57,205 nucleotides of DNA, taken from assembly GCA_964610365.1 (NCBI GenBank), contig CAZSVT010000001.1, forward strand, positions 1 through 57,205, read 5' to 3'. Positions 55,165-57,205 of this stretch are shown piece by piece (positions within the stretch are counted from its first letter, which is position 1; every line of letters begins with the position of its first letter). Position numbers and translations under genes: made by a program. This stretch comes from an uncultured Isosphaeraceae bacterium (lineage in GTDB: Bacteria; Planctomycetota; Phycisphaerae; Phycisphaerales; SM1A02). The notes below the pieces were generated by a model. The model made no database searches and had not been told where the DNA came from. It saw only the letters and a program-made list of their open reading frames with translations.

Positions 55165-56146
55165 CGGAGCGATGCCGGCGGCGGTGCCGGCGCGGGGGAC
55201 GGCGCGGGCGATCCTTGCCCTGCTGCGTCCCGGCGACTGGATCAAGAATGTCTTCGTCCTGATCCCGATCGTCTTCTGGTTCGCGGGGCCGGGGCGCTCC
55301 ACGCCCGCCGACGCGGTGACCGCGAAGGCCGTTTCCACCGCCATCGCCTTCCTCTGCTTCTGCATGGTGGCGAGCGGGTTCTACTGCGTGAATGATTCGC
55401 TGGACGCGGCGGAGGACCGGACCCATCCGGTGAAGTGCCGGCGACCGGTGGCGCGCGGCGAGATCGGCGAGCGGGCGGCCTTCCTGCTGGGTGCGATCCT
55501 GATCGCGTCGAGCATGGTGCTCGCCGTCGCCGCGGGAAGCGCCTTCTTCGGCGTCATCGTCTCCTACGCGCTGCTCCAGGTGGCCTACAACATCCGCCTC
55601 AAGCGCGTGCCCTTCGTCGACGTGGCCACGATCGCCCTGGGTTTCTGCCTGCGGGCGGTGGGCGGCGGCGCCGCGGCGGAGGTGCCCATCTCCATCTGGC
55701 TCCTCCTCTGCGTCTTCTTCCTCACCCTCTACCTGGGATTCGTCAAGCGGCTCTGCGATCTCGCGTCGGCGGAGAACGCCCGGCGGGCCGGTCAGAGCGT
55801 GGCCTGGCGTCCGCGCGCCGGCTACGAGAGCCGCGACGAGATCAACTGGCTCCTCGCGGTGGGCGGCGTCATGACCATCATGATGTTCCTGATGTACGCC
55901 CTCTCCGAGCACGCCCGCGCCATCTTCGGCGTGCGCGCCCTGGGCTTCGCCATCCTGTCGCCCTTCGTGGTGGTGGTGATCCACCGCTTCTACCGCCGCG
56001 CGAACCTGGGACTCTCCGACAGCCCGCTGGAGACGCTGACGCAGGATCGCTCGGTGCTCATCGCGGTGGCGTGCTTCGTCCTGGGAACGATCGCCACGCT
56101 CTTCGTGCCGCAGGTGGCGGCGTTCCTCCAGGCCCACCTCGAGTGA
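55151..56146 (+). CDS. UbiA-family prenyltransferase, decaprenyl-phosphate phosphoribosyltransferase-like
   Basis: Supporting segments are LRPGDWIKNVFVLIPIVF, FYCVNDSLDAAEDRTHPVKCRRPVARGEI (NDxxD...HPxK.RRP signature) and ~8 TM segments. ATG 55151 overlaps the ymdB end by 14 nt. ATG 55172 is an alternative start. Confidence 0.75.
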   Translation: MARHDGAMPAAVPARGTARAILALLRPGDWIKNVFVLIPIVFWFAGPGRSTPADAVTAKAVSTAIAFLCFCMVASGFYCVNDSLDAAEDRTHPVKCRRPVARGEIGERAAFLLGAILIASSMVLAVAAGSAFFGVIVSYALLQVAYNIRLKRVPFVDVATIALGFCLRAVGGGAAAEVPISIWLLLCVFFLTLYLGFVKRLCDLASAENARRAGQSVAWRPRAGYESRDEINWLLAVGGVMTIMMFLMYALSEHARAIFGVRALGFAILSPFVVVVIHRFYRRANLGLSDSPLETLTQDRSVLIAVACFVLGTIATLFVPQVAAFLQAHLE

Positions 56147-56170
56147 CGCCCGTCGGGGCGCGGCGGACGA

Positions 56171-56719
56171 TCAGGGAACGATGATGCGAGGACCGGCGCC
56201 GCTTCCGCCGGGAGGCGGGGCCGCGCCGGGCGAGGACGGCGAGGCGGCGGGACGATCGGCGGACGCCGAGGACGGCGCGATCGGCGGCACCGCGCCGCCG
56301 GCCGACGCGGCGCCGGCGCGCACATCCTGTCGCGCCAGCATGTCGATCACCTGCACGAATCGGAGCCGCAGTTCGCGGAGGACGGACTCCAGGTCGTCCG
56401 CCTCCTCCTTGGAGAGGTTGCCGCGGGACTTCTCCTCCAGCACCCCCAGCAGATCGATGGCGAACTTGGCGCCGATGGGGTCGACGATCACGCGGCCCTT
56501 CTCGTCGCCGTAGAGGCCCAGCCCGGACATGGCCTGGCTGGCGAGGATTCCCACGAGGCTGCGGAAGTCGGCGGGGGGCAGGTCGGAGGGACCGGCGCGG
56601 CCGCCGCCCTTGGGGCCGCGCTGCGCCTCCTTCTCCGCCAGCCGCTCCTTCTCGGCCTGCGCCTGGGCCTTCCAGTCCGCGTCGATCTGGATGCGGGGCT
56701 CGTTGGATGGTTCGCTCAT
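56171..56719 (-). CDS. DUF1844-like protein
   Basis: ATG 56719 is preceded by AGGAGG. Supporting segments are DFRSLVGILASQAMSGLGLY..., AKFAIDLLGVLEEKSRGNLSKEEADDLESVLRELRLRF, and an Ala/Pro/Gly-rich tail. Confidence 0.6.
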   Translation of the reverse strand: MSEPSNEPRIQIDADWKAQAQAEKERLAEKEAQRGPKGGGRAGPSDLPPADFRSLVGILASQAMSGLGLYGDEKGRVIVDPIGAKFAIDLLGVLEEKSRGNLSKEEADDLESVLRELRLRFVQVIDMLARQDVRAGAASAGGAVPPIAPSSASADRPAASPSSPGAAPPPGGSGAGPRIIVP

Positions 56720-56804
56720 GCGCAGCCTCCTGGTCGGGCGCCGGCCGGTGCGGCGGCGCGAGGGGCCAATCATAGTCGGCGTCGTTCATCTACACTCGAC
56801 GCCG

Positions 56805-57205
56805 ATGCATGGCGCGTCGGCGCAGCGCGACAGGGCACCCAACCGCGCAGGGACGCCGCGGACCGGGACGATTGCGCTCGCATCCGTCGCGGCGGTGACG
56901 GCGCTCGGGGGCTGCGGCAGCCTGGACTTCTGGTCCACCACGGCCACCTCGGTCTCACCCGAGCAGTTCAACCGCGCTTCGGATCCACCGGCGCTGGGGC
57001 CGCAGGTGCGCGTGCCCGGCGCCGTCTACTCGCAGCCGCTGGTGGTGCAGGAGGAGCTGGTCGAGACGGAGCCCGACGGCGCGGCGTTCGTGGAGGAGCG
57101 GACCGAGGAGGAGACCACGATGCCGTCCGGCGGGAAGGCGACGATTCCGCTGGGCCCCGAGACGGTGGCGGCGGAGCTTCCGCCCGGGCGCCCGTGGCCG
57201 GTCGA
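56805..57205 (+). CDS. Putative lipoprotein, 3' end outside the window
   Basis: ATG 56805 gives MHGASAQRDRAPNRAGTPRTGTIALASVAAVTALGGC (lipobox LGGC). The frame stays open to the window end. It is absent from the ORF track because no stop is reached. Confidence 0.45.
   Translation, partial: MHGASAQRDRAPNRAGTPRTGTIALASVAAVTALGGCGSLDFWSTTATSVSPEQFNRASDPPALGPQVRVPGAVYSQPLVVQEELVETEPDGAAFVEERTEEETTMPSGGKATIPLGPETVAAELPPGRPWPV

Overview
This is a 57.2 kb window of very GC-rich DNA. A few hand-counted lines give about 68-70% G+C. It is densely packed with about 50 genes on both strands, many joined by 4-nt ATGA/GTGA start/stop overlaps. Most of it is core housekeeping: ffh, dxs-ispA, ispG, topA, miaA, pgk, rpe, accD, lnt, mreBCD, polA, tRNA-Asp, tRNA-Val and hrpA. 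A DUF1559-type prepilin-like gene and the general gene style suggest a Planctomycetota (Phycisphaerae-like) genome, but that is inference only. I saw no CRISPR arrays, transposases, integrases or rRNA.

The less ordinary parts are:
1. A four-gene exported (lipo)protein module at 2.7-6.4 kb.
2. An ExbB-type proton channel with no ExbD partner. It sits in an operon with a secreted TraB/GumN-like protein that carries a pseudopilin(GspG)-like insert, and with an FHA-GAF-PP2C protein whose first metal-binding motif looks degenerate (9.4-13.3 kb).
3. A half-size PqiA and a two-MCE PqiB behind a prepilin-like gene (13.4-15.8 kb).
4. A complete reductive pyrimidine catabolic island (17.3-27.4 kb). Its PreA-like dehydrogenase lacks the ferredoxin tail, and no PreT is present in the window.
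5. A lower-GC islet holding a membrane / zinc-ribbon / ankyrin protein and a HepT-MntA toxin-antitoxin pair (27.5-30.1 kb).
6. An Lnt-HEAT-repeat fusion with an internal lipobox (38.0-40.9 kb).

The many very long ORFs antisense to real genes are GC-driven shadow ORFs and were rejected.
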